From NCBI GenBank assembly GCA_026770705.1, contig JANJGN010000025.1, positions 10,602,001 through 10,666,000 of the forward strand: a stretch of DNA of 64,000 bases. Reading direction: 5' to 3'. This DNA is from Isurus oxyrinchus (Eukaryota). The position numbers and the translations under genes are program-made. The first letter of the stretch is position 1; each line of letters opens with the position of its first letter. The notes under the pieces are model-generated. The model saw only the letters and a program-made list of their open reading frames with translations. It ran no database searches and had not been told where the DNA came from. Of this stretch, positions 50,100 to 61,828 are shown piece after piece.

Positions 50100-50531
50100 G
50101 AAAGTGCTTAATTGAAAGATGAGGTGCCATTCCTCAAGCTTCTGTTAAGCTTCATTAGAACATTGCAGAGGACACCAGAGTGGGACTGGGGAAGAAAATT
50201 AAAATGGAACAGGTTGGTCTCTTACAATTTTAATTCTCTGCCCCCAATTTCTCATCATAACCACTGCTCTCATTTCTGCAGCTGGTGCTTTAATGATATG
50301 TTATTGCCATTTACACCTCCTCTGGACCCATCACTCATTTCTTTATGTGTCCAGTTATTGCCTCCTTTGGCCTTGGACCATCATCTCTTTTATCACTTAA
50401 TCATTTCAGCCTTCCAACCTAGCACTCCTACCATTTGGGTCTTTCCCTCCACCTGCCTCTGTACCTGCTTAAGAACTGTTACATCTTTGACTTTTTCCAG
50501 TTTTGATGCAAGGTCCTAGACCTGAAACATT
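50100..50531 (+). mobile_element. Older Penelope-type remnant ending in a decayed hammerhead
   Basis: 50499-50531 reads AGTT-TTGATGC-A-AGGTC-cta-GACCT-GAAAC-ATT, preceded by a pyrimidine-rich 3'UTR-like stretch. Confidence 0.55.
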
Positions 50532-51068
50532 GGGCAGAACATTGTGGAGGCAATGGGGGTCTTGGCACCAGCTGGAGAGCCGGCTGGAGACCATGTCACC
50601 TCTTTTCGGGAAGACTTGCTGCATCTTGTTCCATTCTAGAACTTGACAGGTCAGTGGCGGGTCTCTCCTCAGGATCAAGACCCGGGGGCAGGAGTCCCGC
50701 TCGCCGAGAGCTGTCAGCCAATCAGACCCCGGCAGCTCTGTTCAATGGCAGCTCCACCGAGTGCAAAGGCCTTTTCTCAGTTTGAATTTGAGAAAAAATT
50801 GAGAGAGGGGACACTTCCCTTCCGAAGCGCCAACACCTTCACTTACCTGCTATGGCATCCCACTGCTGCTTCTAAACTGGAGGACCTCCTACTAGCCCTC
50901 CAGCTTCAAGAACCCATCTGCCGTCCTTAACTGGACAGCAAGCCCACCTTCTGACAATTAACTATCTGCTCTGGGGAAAATGAGTGGCTGTTTCCCACAC
51001 AGTGTGGGTTTCCAACCACCATTTGAGCCTGATGGTGAGGGTCAAAACCCCACAGGAAAATTCTGCCT
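50532..51068. mobile_element. Harbinger-type MITE
   Basis: TIRs GGGCAGAACATT / AAAATTCTGCCT; interior related to the 33575 and 60902 copies. Confidence 0.7.
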
Positions 51069-51092
51069 AAATTCTTTCTTTAAAATATATAT

Positions 51093-51380
51093 AATTGCAC
51101 TTACCAAAAAAGAAAGAGATGTTTTTTAAATCGTACTAGTTGTTTGTCTATGTGTCAGTATTCATGTTCCAAACTGTCTCCTGATATTAATAATAACCCC
51201 TCTCCCTGCCAAAACTCCGTCCTTTCAAGTACTGTTGTGTTACTGATAAAGTTAAGAGCCATTTCATTCCATAAATGAACACAGAACACCACTTAGCCAT
51301 GCAAGGAGCACAGAGGCATTGTCATGGAAAATAGATACCTTCTTGAATTCATTCTTCGTTATTAAAATGAAACTTGAAGC
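51093..51380 (+). repeat. Arm A of a long-range diverged inverted repeat
   Basis: Collinear reverse-complement match to 59054-59365, including ctcctgatattaataataa(a)cccctctccctgccaaa. Confidence 0.85.
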
Positions 51381-52009
51381 ATTATGTCTCACAGAAACTG
51401 CTCGAATTATGATCAGGGTGTAGATTTCATATTGTGACTCAGCGACAGGGGCAGCAGGTAAGAGTGTGTTATTTAATTTTTGAATTATTGTTTTAGAGTT
51501 CAGAATGTAGGAGCAGACATGACTTCATCCTAGTCTGCACACAAAGCCAGGGCAACAAGCAGAAGCCATCGTGTGTTCCAAATGTTATTAGGGGTTCCTG
51601 TGCTCCCAGCGAGGCGCTGTGCTTTTTAAAAACAAGCGCAAGTTTGAAAATTGGTGCTACAGCATTGTAGGCTTATCCCTGAATATGCTGCAATGGACTG
51701 TGGCTGCTCTCTGGAAGCATGGGATCAAAGGTCTTACTCCATTGCTCCTACTTTGCTCCTCTGAACTTTCCTATCTTGTCTTTCCAAATACACCACCATA
51801 CTCCTGCCCTTCAGCCAGGAAGAAAGAACTTGCATTTATAATGCACCGTTCACAACCTCCCAAAGCATTTACAGCCAACAAAGTTCTTTTGTAGTGCAAT
51901 CCTTCTGTGTTGAATTCAACGTTCACCCCACTGTCTTTCCTCAGGTTTGTAAGAATTAGACTTATTAAACCCTTCTTGGTACCAGCTAATGCAAGTGTCA
52001 ACAAGACCC

Positions 52010-52405
52010 GGCGGCAGCACTCTTGCCATCATGTCAGAAGGTCATGGGTTCACTTGAGCACATTGTCTAGGCTGACACTTCAATGCAGTACTGTGGGAGT
52101 GCTGCAGTTCCTCTTTCAGGTGAAATGTTAATCTGAAGCCTTCTTTGCCTCTTTAGGTGGACAGAGTGACACTATTCGAGGAAGAGCAGGGGAGTTCTCC
52201 AACTATGTTGGATGGCAATTATCCCTCAGTCAAACCTCCACAAAATAAAAAATCAACTCATCACTTGCCTTGTTGCTGTTTGTGGGATCATGTGTTGTGC
52301 AAATTGGTTGACACAAAACGTCAGCGGCTTTGGTTAAAAATTATTTGAAGGCTATGAGGCACTTTGGGATGTCGTTAGGTTGAGAAAGGCATACATCAAT
52401 GCATG
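52010..52405 (+). mobile_element. DeuSINE-like SINE
   Basis: Homologous to the other copies. Confidence 0.7.
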
Positions 52406-52704
52406 CCTGAGATGTTGATCAATTTCTCTGCTCTTGATATTGATTGTAACTCATGTTCAGCTCCACAATTCAGGAATTATTCCCTTATCACCACAGGTGG
52501 AGAGGTTGATAGTTGCAATTCTGTTACTTCATAAATTCCCAGTGTCATCTTTCGGCAATAAAGTGTAACTGTGCAGGTTTTCAATTTATTTCGTGCCATG
52601 GTCAACACTGTGATGTTTCCTTGGTGTGTGAGCTTTCTGTGCTCGTAAAAACTTCAGTGTTTTCCACTTGGTGTACATTTACCAGCTGTGTTGTAGCTCT
52701 GCTA

Positions 52705-53025
52705 CAACAACAACTTGCATTTATATACTGCCTTTAATGTAGGAAGAAGTCCCAAAGGGGCTTCACGGGAACGATAAAAAACAAAATATGAGGCTTACAC
52801 ATATGGCGATATTAGGGCATTTGGCCACAAACTTGGTCAAGGAGGTAGGTTTTAAGAAATATTTTAAGGGTTGAAGGAGAGGTACAGAGGTTTAGGTAGG
52901 CAATCCCAGAGTTTAGGGCCATGGTAGCTAAGGTCACGGCTCCCATTGATGCAGCAATTAAAATTGGGGAAGTATAAGGGGCCAGATTTGGAGGAGCACA
53001 GAGATCTGAGAGGATTGAGGGGCTG
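52705..53025 (-). mobile_element. L2-clade LINE 3' fragment
   Basis: Tail caacaacaacttgcatttatatactgcctttaa; homologous to the 2462 and 30676 copies. Confidence 0.7.
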
Positions 53026-53110
53026 GGGGAGGCCTCTCCCAGGGTGGCATTGTCTGGTCCCGTTGGCGTCGGGCGTCATGGCAGGTAGAGGAGGACAATT
53101 CGGTGTGAGG

Positions 53111-54660
53111 GGGGTGAAATTGGTTTCACGATGGGGTGAAAGCGCAGCGGGATTATCCGACGGTGTCCGTCACGGTGGAACACAAATCCCGCTGGAAGCC
53201 GGCGTGAACCCGGTTTGCATCCTGGGTAAGGCCCAACTGGAATCGTCTCCCCCACGCCAGAGTTACCGCCGGCCTAGAACATGTCTGGGCAAGCCTGATG
53301 TTCAGGATTTACCTTTAGGGTCTTGCTCAGGTTGCGAACATCGGAGGGAAAGATGATGCTGGAGCCTCACAGCTACCAGACCCTGGGGGAACACATGCAT
53401 CACATGCTGGGTGGATCCTCGTGCACTTGCCTCCACTGGGAAGCAGCTCAGCTTGGGAGGTCTCCAGTGATGTCTGGGGTCTGGTTCGGAACATCCCGGT
53501 CTTGACCATGGGATGCTATGGATGATCAACTCAGGGAGGGAGTGGGGGTGCTGCGGGAAGGTCTAGCTGTGAGTTGGAGAGGAAGATGTACTGGGGCGAT
53601 GGTTTTAGAGGAAGGTCTAGGTTTGACTGGGAGGAAGACGTACCGGGGAAGTGGGTTGGGGGGGTGGGAGGGAGTGGGAGTAAAGTTGGGAGTGGAGGAG
53701 GGAATGAAGGTGTCAAGGGAGGGTAAGTTTGGGAGGGAAAGGGGCAAAGGTGCCAGGAGTGAAGTGAGGCTGGGGTGGGGGATGTGAAGGTGTTGGGGGG
53801 GTGAGGTTGGGAGGGGGAGGAGGGAGCATGGGGGAGGAGGATGTAACAGGGGAGAATACGACAAATGAGGAGGTACGTGTAAGGTGGGAGGAAGGTATAA
53901 GGCAGGGAGTTTGGAGGGGGGAAGGTGCCTAGGGGAAGGGGGGAGGAGGGAGTAAGGGTAGAGGAGGGAGTAAGTGGTGGGATGTCCAGGCAAACATGTA
54001 AGGGAAGGGTCTGTGGAGTCAATGACTGCCTCTTGAGAAGCAAACTAAGAATGGACATGGTAGGAGGGAATGGCCAGTATGAGAGGGCAGGGGCCAGAAT
54101 GAGAGGGCAGGAGAGGAGATGCAGGTCAGCTCAAATGGACAACTGAAAGTGAACCCCAGCAGGCAGCATTGAAAATGCTTAGGGCAGTAAGATGAGTGTG
54201 ATGGAGGAAGGCTCCCCGTGCATGGGAGAGTGCTTGCATGAGTCTCCATAAGGCCCTGCCACATACACTTCTCCCTCCAGAATCACCTGTGGTCTGGCTA
54301 TGTGCATCTGAACTGCTAGTTTGGGGGGATGCAGGGAGAGCACTCACAAAGCTTGTAAATGAACCTGAAAGGCAACATTATACATTATTCAGTGAAAGTG
54401 AATATATGTTCAGATTAAAAAGTGACAAAATGTGTTCGCCTGTGAAACCACTTGTGATCAGAATTTCTTAACTTTTCTCAGTCTACCACTTCTTCTAGGT
54501 GCTGCCCTGACATCCGCAGCAGGGCTGGAGGCAGCCTGTGCAACCGTTGCCTCTGATGACTTTGGCATTTGTCCTCTGGAGAGCCGAGTCCTTGAGGGCC
54601 CCGGTTTGCTTTGGCTGTCCTCCTGTGGGCCAGCTGCTCCCTCTGCGGTTACAGTGTACC
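53111..54660 (-). mobile_element. Harbinger-type element remnant(s) with the Myb-like gene C-terminus
   Basis: TIR-like GGGGTGAAATTGG at 53111. Minus strand ~54457-54610 encodes ..AAPRRSGRLRKVKKF*, homologous to ..AAPRHSGKVRKIKKY* ending at 25258. Confidence 0.6.
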
Positions 54661-54724
54661 TTAAACTAGGAGCTTACTGCTGCCTGCTCTGCACAGCTGT
54701 GTTGTGGGTGGTATAAGGTGTTGC

Positions 54725-55640
54725 TTAACCAACCATTGTTCCTTATCTGAGAAGATGGGAACACTGGCTCCTGTGTCTTATTTGAAATTGATGAGTTGGC
54801 CGTTTACGGAGATGTCAGCATTCCAAAGGGGGAATCCAGGATCCTTGATCTCACACAAGAAGCTTCTTGGTGTGATACCTCAATCTTGTGGATTGTTTTG
54901 GGGTCCTCTGCATGTCTCAAGTCCTAAACTTATACAGTTTTCCAAAGTGCCCCAGCCAATTGCAATGGAAGCACTGTGCAGAGATTGCTGGACAATGCCC
55001 TTGCCTGTGTGGTCTTTTGACTCCACTGTGCTGATATGGTCTCCCACTAGCTTGTGGTCTGTTTGGGTATTGCCTCCTTTGGCCTGGAGTCTCCCTGCCC
55101 TTTTGTTGCTTTATGAGCAGGACAGTTGGGGTGGCTCTCAATACCAACCTCACCACGTAAAATGAACTGGTATTGTTGGCAGATTCCAGACTGCCTGACT
55201 ATTTGGATGGCTTTTTTAGGGTCAGATCTTCTTTTTCCTGTAGTACATCTGAAAGGGAATCATCAGCCGCTCCAACTACTATTTAGTTTCTTATGAGTTC
55301 TGATTTAAGATCATTGGCCTTCAGCCAATCTGTATAACTCATTTATGAAAGAGTTAACGGGTTCTCTAGGCTGCTGGACTTGCTTGTTGAATTTTTCTCA
55401 CTTTAAAATTTTACTATTTCTTAAATTAAAGTAGGTATCGAAGGACTTCAGGGCATCTTCAAACTTATCTGAACATTCAATTATTTCTTGCCTCGCAATT
55501 ATATCATTGGCTATTGGACTTACTGAGTACGGTAGCGTATTCACTTGCTTAGCCTCTGTCTTCTTATCTAATCCTAAAGCCATCATATATCTCAAAAATC
55601 TTTTTCGCCAAAACCCCCAGTTCAGCACCCACTTTATACC
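54725..55640 (-). mobile_element. Ty3/Gypsy retrotransposon gag-protease remnant (pseudogenised)
   Basis: Gag WGFWRKRFLRY..GLDKKTEAKQVNTL and EPVNSFINELYRLAE, decayed knuckle CFHCNWLGH, and protease ..FK*DTGASV near 54760-54790. Confidence 0.85.
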
Positions 55641-56294
55641 AGTCTAAATTGATCTGGTGGTGTTGATTTATTATCGATGACTGTCTTTCAGCACAGAGGA
55701 GCACAGCTTTAGCTGATGTGTCTGTTTTAAAGATGGTGCTGCAGTAACTGTTTGCTTTTCCTCTTCCTGCACTTGTCGGTTTTTGGTGGGCTCATGCTGC
55801 GATTCTAGGTCCAATTTCAAAGGAATGGATTATTTGCAGCAAATCTTTACACCAGAGGCTTGGGGCCCTTTAGAACATTTTCGGTGTATTTTAGGCCTAT
55901 TAAAAAATGAATCCCAGCTCTGGCTGAGGTTTTAAAGCTCCTTTTTTTTAATGGAGCTCGGGCTGCCACATGGTATAATGTCGATCCTACTGATAAAGGC
56001 ACGTTCAGCCTTTGTATTGAATTTTGCTTTCTTTGTTCATTGTTGTGATCTGGCTAGATCCTTTGTCTCTGCAATCGATGGGGATTCACAATGGACCTGC
56101 ATGTCCTCTGGTGGTGTCATTTAACTGCACAGTTCTTCTGTCCTTCCAGCCTCCACATCTGCAATGGAGCTTCTTTTAAGGATACGTACAGCTGTGTCTT
56201 CAGTTCAGGTGCATTCCAGTTAAGTCAGGATGCTGTTCCTTTAATTTATCAGATTCTGGGGCCCTTTGCCAGCTTCCCAGGGTTTGCTCCTTAA

Positions 56295-56524
56295 CTGCTA
56301 CCATGTTGTAATGTGGTTAGGTGTCTCACTAAGAGGCTTGTGTGGTTGAACATGAACTGTTTACTGTTAACACACAACCATATACACAGCCCTGTCTGGG
56401 TGCTATCTTCATGCCGACTTCTCCCAGATTCTCCGTACACACATTCTACCATCACGTGACTCTCTACATCAGAATGTGGGCAGCACTATTCTCCAGTTCC
56501 ACATTAATCTTGCTTTGCCCAACA
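56295..56524 (-). mobile_element. 5' LTR (56304-56524, TGTTG...CAACA) and adjacent primer-binding site TGGTAGCAG (56295-56303)
   Basis: Inverted 5-bp LTR termini. The PBS is complementary to the ..CUGCUACCA 3' end of initiator tRNA-Met. It lies upstream of gag on the same strand. Confidence 0.8.
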
Positions 56525-56622
56525 CCATTATGCGACAAGAAAGTTCTAAGTCTCCACTAACCTTGGTAGCAAAAAGTAGTTTCTGATTTCACTCCTGAAC
56601 TGTCAAACTCTAATTTTAAGAT

Positions 56623-56745
56623 AAAAACAGAAATACCTGGAAAAACTCAGCAGGTCTGGCAGCATTGGCGGAGAAGAGCAAAGTTGACGTTTCGAGTCCT
56701 CATGACCCTTCAACAGAACTAAGTAGAAATAGGAAAGGGGTGAAA
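56623..56745 (-). mobile_element. 123-bp Penelope-type insertion with an intact minimal hammerhead fold
   Basis: Perfect 12-bp TSD taattttaagat (56611-56622 and 56746-56757). Minus strand 56682-56720 reads AGTT-CTGTTGA-A-GGGTC-atgag-GACTC-GAAAC-GTC-AACT. Confidence 0.85.
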
Positions 56746-56968
56746 TAATTTTAAGATTGTGCATCAGTGTTCTGGATTCCCCCACCAGGAAATAATTTCT
56801 CTGTATCTAGCCTCTCAAATCTATTAATTATTCTAAACTCCTGCTCGTTAATCTTCTTTCAGTAGCCACAAGCTACATAATATTTTGAGATCAGGTCAGT
56901 GATGTAATCTATTGCTTCATAAAGCAATGAGTGATCTGTTGTCAACTTTAAGTTGCATCATAAACAGA

Positions 56969-57762
56969 TAGAGTTTCCAATCCTCCAGCAGTGCATGGGA
57001 ATCTCCACGAATTTAAGATTAATGCCCTGTGCACTACTGTGAGCAACACTCAGGAGAAAAACCACAGGGGTATTAAAATAATTTAATATGCAGTTTAAGC
57101 ACATGGACTGCACAAAGGTTAAAAAAAGGTCCATTTATTCCACTAGCATCAAAATTGTCTAAAGCGTCAAGGTAAAGTGTAACTCCAAGGAAGAACTATT
57201 TCCAGAGTATATTCACTGTTGATGCTCCAGATCTCTGTCCTAGTCGACGGCTCGGCTCCTCAGTGCAGCACTCACCAGACGTGTTCAGGCTTGTCCTGTT
57301 GCCCAGCTCCTGGCTGCAGTCCTGCTCCCCCAACCCTCCCCCCACCCACCCCCGTCTCCACGAGGCTTCTCAGACTCAGGGGTGCTGCCAGTCAAACTTT
57401 CTAATTCCCTTCCTGGCTCCTCAGCCACCCTCAGGGGCGGCAAGCTGCACCCTAGGCTCCTGCCACACTGCCGCTCACAAGTCCTGGCCGCTTCTTCCCC
57501 TCACCACATGGCATCTGGCTCTGCCTGTCAGCTAGTCAGACACACTCCTCAGCTCCCCTGCTCGGTGCTGTCCCCCACCATCGCCACCTGCGGCTGGAGG
57601 TCCTGCTACAATAATATTGTTGTTTCCTTTTCATTTTCTTCAAACGCTTTCATACATTAGTTATAAAAATATTGGAAGTAGCAATGCTGTTTTATTGGGA
57701 GGGAAGGGAAATCATAAGGTGAAACCTCCAGGAATGCATCTGACCAGAACTGGGAACACCAT
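56969..57762. mobile_element. GGTTGCCAAC-type MITE interrupted by a possible solo LTR (57082-57610)
   Basis: Both flanks match 18072-18410. The insert ends in ..CTACA and has ATAA/ATAA flanks. Confidence 0.5.
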
Positions 57763-58192
57763 AAATGGATCTATGAGCAGCTTATAGCGATATATATAGT
57801 TTCAAAATAATTGTCAATTTCTATTTGTGTTGTACATCCTGAATTGCACTCAGAATAATTAGCATTCAGTGGCTGAACTGGTCTGCAGTGCATATTTCAC
57901 CAAAGAGGCTTACCCCTTTCAATACACATGGAGTAAGGTATTTTTGACCACAGTTACACACAATTTGGCTAGTTGTCACATATCTGATGTGACAAAGATA
58001 CTTTGTTTTGGAGTCTGCACAAATTTCTTGTCCTGGAAACCAAACTCTCAAGTCCCCTTAAAGACCATGACCTTTGATTGGTCATTCCCATGTGATGAAG
58101 CCTCGACATGCTAATTTATTTCAGAGTGTCCGTGGACACCATTGTAACAATCAATGAGTTGGAGCTCTGCTGGGACTTATAATAGAAACAAC

Positions 58193-58320
58193 GGGTGGAA
58201 CTTTACAGCCCTGTCATGCTAGGGGTGGGGCCGGGTAATGTGACGAGCTGTTCCAAATTCCATTGACTTCAGCAGAGGCTGGAAAATCCCCCCGGCAGGA
58301 GGGGCAGTAAAATTTTGTGC
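58193..58320. mobile_element. ~130-bp Harbinger-type MITE
   Basis: Homologous to 38620-38748 (ttgacttc..ctggaa.atccc). Confidence 0.55.
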
Positions 58321-59053
58321 AATGTATTTTCTGGCAAACAATGTTTATTTACTTGACGAGTAGCAAAGCGAAATGAGTCTACTTACGGAATCTAGAGTCT
58401 GTAGCAAACAGAACTCATGGGTGAAACTGCAGCAACACCTCCAGATAAAAGCAGGGTGATTGTTCCAAGATGCAGCGAGTGGAGGATAGGTACATGTTGG
58501 AGTAAATCCCAGTCACTTTCAGCCAACCTGTCTCCAGGCAATGCAGGACTGATGCTACAGTTTCCCATACACTCAGCTCCTGATTTCAATTGCACTATAC
58601 TGTGGTCTACATGGCAGCCAGACAGCTCCCAAAAGAGTGACCAATACTCCTTAGAAAACCAAATGCTCTATGTTAACAGTCTCCTAATGACAATCCCTTC
58701 CTTCTTTTGCCGGGCAGTAGTAAATGGAAAGGGAACAGCATTGACTCCCAGTTCAGCCAACATCCCTGAGCTGGGGAAGACCATGAATGGGAGACACAAG
58801 TCTATGAGTTTGTCCAAGTCATGGATGAAGCTGTGCCAAGCGCCAAATGGCCTTTCGGGCTGAGGGACACGATGAGGGTCACCATCCTATAAAAAAGCAC
58901 AAAGAAAGTTGCTATCAGCCCTCACTTGATGTCATACAATTTTTTTTGCTTCAATATTCCTGTCACTTAGACACTAATTAGATTTAAATTCATGCTCTTT
59001 AATTTGCACTGTGCACATTCTCAAATAGTCTGAATTATTTATGATCTACAGTT

Positions 59054-59365
59054 TGCTTCATGTTTCATGTAACAGTGAAAAATGAATTCAAGATGGTCTC
59101 TCTCTGTTATCTAGAACAATGTCTCTGTGCTCCTTGTACGGGTAAGTGATGTTCTGCATTCATTTATGGAATATAGAGGCCCTTAAGTTTATCAGTGATG
59201 GAGCAGCACTTTAAGAGAAGGAGGATTTGGCAGGGAGAGGGGTTTATTATTAATATCAGGAGGAGAGATTGAAAACATGAACCCTCTCACACAGACAAAG
59301 AACAGGTTTGGATAAGTAACTGCCAGGATTTTTAAAAATACTCATGTTTTTCTTAGTAAATGTAA
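59054..59365 (-). repeat. Arm B of the long-range diverged inverted repeat
   Basis: Its reverse complement aligns with 51093-51380. Confidence 0.85.
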
Positions 59366-59479
59366 TTGAGCCAATTTTCTGGGCTTGCGTTGCTAGCAGG
59401 GGCCTTGCCCATTGGCAACGCATGTCAGGAAATCATACTCATGCTGCTCACACAGTACACCCATTAATGGAAAAATAAA

Positions 59480-59915
59480 AGAAAGATCTGCATTGATACA
59501 GCAACTCTCATGGCCTCAGGATGCCTCACAGCCCTTTACAGCCAATGAAGTACTTTTCAAGTGTAGCCACTGTTGTAATGTAGGAAACGCAGCAGCCAAG
59601 TTGTGCACAGCAAGGCCCCACCACAAACAGCAATGTGATAATGGCTGGATAATCTGTTTTTATAATGTTGATGAGGTATAAATATTGGCGCCAGGGCACT
59701 GGGGAGAACTCCCTTGGTCTTATTTGAAATTGTGCCACTTTTCATCTTTTTTTAATGCCTGCCTGAAAGGACAAACAGGGCCTCAGTTTAAAGTCTTATT
59801 CATAGCACGGCAGTGTAGCACTTCTTTCCCGTGTTGCACACTAGGAGTGTCAGCCTAGATTTTGTGCTCAAGTCCCAGAGTGGGCCTTGAACCCACAATT
59901 TTGTGACTCAGAAGC
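59480..59915 (-). mobile_element. DeuSINE-like SINE
   Basis: Homologous to the other copies. Confidence 0.8.
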
Positions 59916-60227
59916 TACACACTCAAAGTTGGCAGAATTGAATGCAGATGAGGCTCTTTATGGGCAGTGCAAATGTGAAGACTCAACCCAAATATCCTCC
60001 CTCCCTTGTGATGAAATCGGGACTCATTGCACTGTCTCCTATCTAGCTGGGCCTCCAAACTGCGGAGCTTCTCATCTCCCTTAGTTTTCCTCATAGAAAC
60101 TAAACACTTTTTAACACTCAAGGTTGATGCCAACTCCTGACTAACCTCAGTAATACTGTGCATCACGTGGCTGGTGCATTAAGTATTTTTTTCCATTGTC
60201 TGTTAATATAGGGATGATTTATAATGA

Positions 60228-60455
60228 ATCATAGAACAGTTACGGTGCAGAAAGAGGCCATTCAGCCCATTGTGTCTGCGCTGGCCAAAAAGAGAAAAAA
60301 GAAACTAGCTGCTCATTTTAATCCCACTTTCCAGCACCTGGTCTGTAGCCTTACAGCATTTCAGATGCAGATCCAGGTACCTTTTAATTGAGTTGAGCAT
60401 TTCAGCCTCAACCTCCAACTTAAGCAGTAAATTTCAGGTGCCCACCACCCTCTGA
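60228..60455 (-). mobile_element. CR1 3' end fragment
   Basis: atcatagaacagttacggtgcagaaagaggccattcagccc..cccaccaccctctg. Confidence 0.7.
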
Positions 60456-60901
60456 ACTAAGTAACACCAGCATAAGATAGCATTTGAACAACAAAAATGA
60501 ACCCTTCAAATTAACCCACCAGAGCCCAAACATCCAAACCTTGTGGCTAATATTTTTGACTTTGAAATTTGGTGTTTCCAAATATGGCTTCAAATTTCAA
60601 TGAAAAGATTTAGGCTGGAGCTCATCCAAATGGCTCAGGTTCAGCTGTGAGGTTCCCCGCAGTCAAATAGGTGACATACACTGACTATCTAGATTGCCAC
60701 ACAATAAAAGAAAATTAGCACCTCAGCGACAGACACTTTCAACTCTGGACCCAACATGGGAGTTTCCAAAACCAATTGTAGCATCCCTGCCAATAACTGT
60801 GAATCTGCTCTTCGTTGTGAATGATTTGGGCACAATCTTAGCCAGGCTCATTGAAATAGCAAGATGCCAGTCAGATGCTGCCAGCTTTTCTCCCAGTCTA
60901 T

Positions 60902-61503
60902 GGGCTGAATTTTGGTCAAGTCCCACTGCTGCGGCCAAAAGCAGGAGCCATATCCACTTCAGCTGGCAGTGGGTCTCTGGGCTGGCATTTTGCCGGTGAT
61001 GGCCAATTAAGAGGTTGCCATCCAATTATGGATAGGGGCCCTCCCCCTAGAGCTGCCAGCCCAATCAGAAGGCTAGTGGTGGCCATTGCTGAAGCACTGT
61101 TGAGATGGCACTTCAATGGTGGGGTCCTCTTAAAAACAGGTCATTGTGGTTGGGGGAAGCCAGTTGGGTTGTGATGTTGTGGAGCACTGGTAGTGCCGTT
61201 GCCCTGAGGATGGCCATTGTTGCTGGACTGCCCCTCCAGGGGCCATAAAGTGCCCATCCCCAAGGAGGAACCACCTGGCAGACTCTTCTGACGGAGGCAA
61301 CATGGCCACGAAGGCAGGAAATGGCCCTTAATGGACACTTAAGGTGGCTCTATTAGTTGTTTAGTGGGCGGCTGGTCCACCAAGTTTCCTGCTGCTGCCA
61401 GTATGGCACGGCAGTTGGAAGACACCAGGCTCCCTTCCTGATGCTTTCCCCTGCCACTCCCACCTTCCAGTCTGTCACCAATGGGCCAGGATAAATACAG
61501 CCC
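60902..61503. mobile_element. Harbinger-type MITE
   Basis: TIRs GGGCTGAATTT / AAATACAGCCC with TAT/CAT flanks. Confidence 0.7.
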
Positions 61504-61539
61504 CATAAATTTGCAAGTGTGTAAAATCCATGTGTAGGA

Positions 61540-61828
61540 AGTTTTGTGGTGCAGTGGGAAGTGCCTCTGCCTCTGAGCCAGAAGCTCTGGGTTTGAGTCC
61601 CCCCTCCCCGCTCCAGGACTTGACGGCCAAGGAATGTGCGCTCATAACACAGCCGAACACATTGAGTATCAACCAACACACGCCAATGGCAGGCGATGAG
61701 AGTGGGAGGGATTCCTGGTCGGCCATGTGATGGAAAGAACGTTGGAGCCTCTACCATCATTATCCATAGCTCCAGACCACAACATGCATGTAAAAGTGCA
61801 TATTGTCACTGCAACTCAGACTCCCTGA
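61540..61828 (+). mobile_element. tRNA-derived SINE, third family
   Basis: Homologous to 46385-46672. Confidence 0.7.

Noticed and set aside
53526-54058. Proline-rich 155-175 aa ORFs (also at 62773-63151 and 15082-15505)
   Set aside because: Artefacts of G-rich low-complexity DNA that lacks stop codons.
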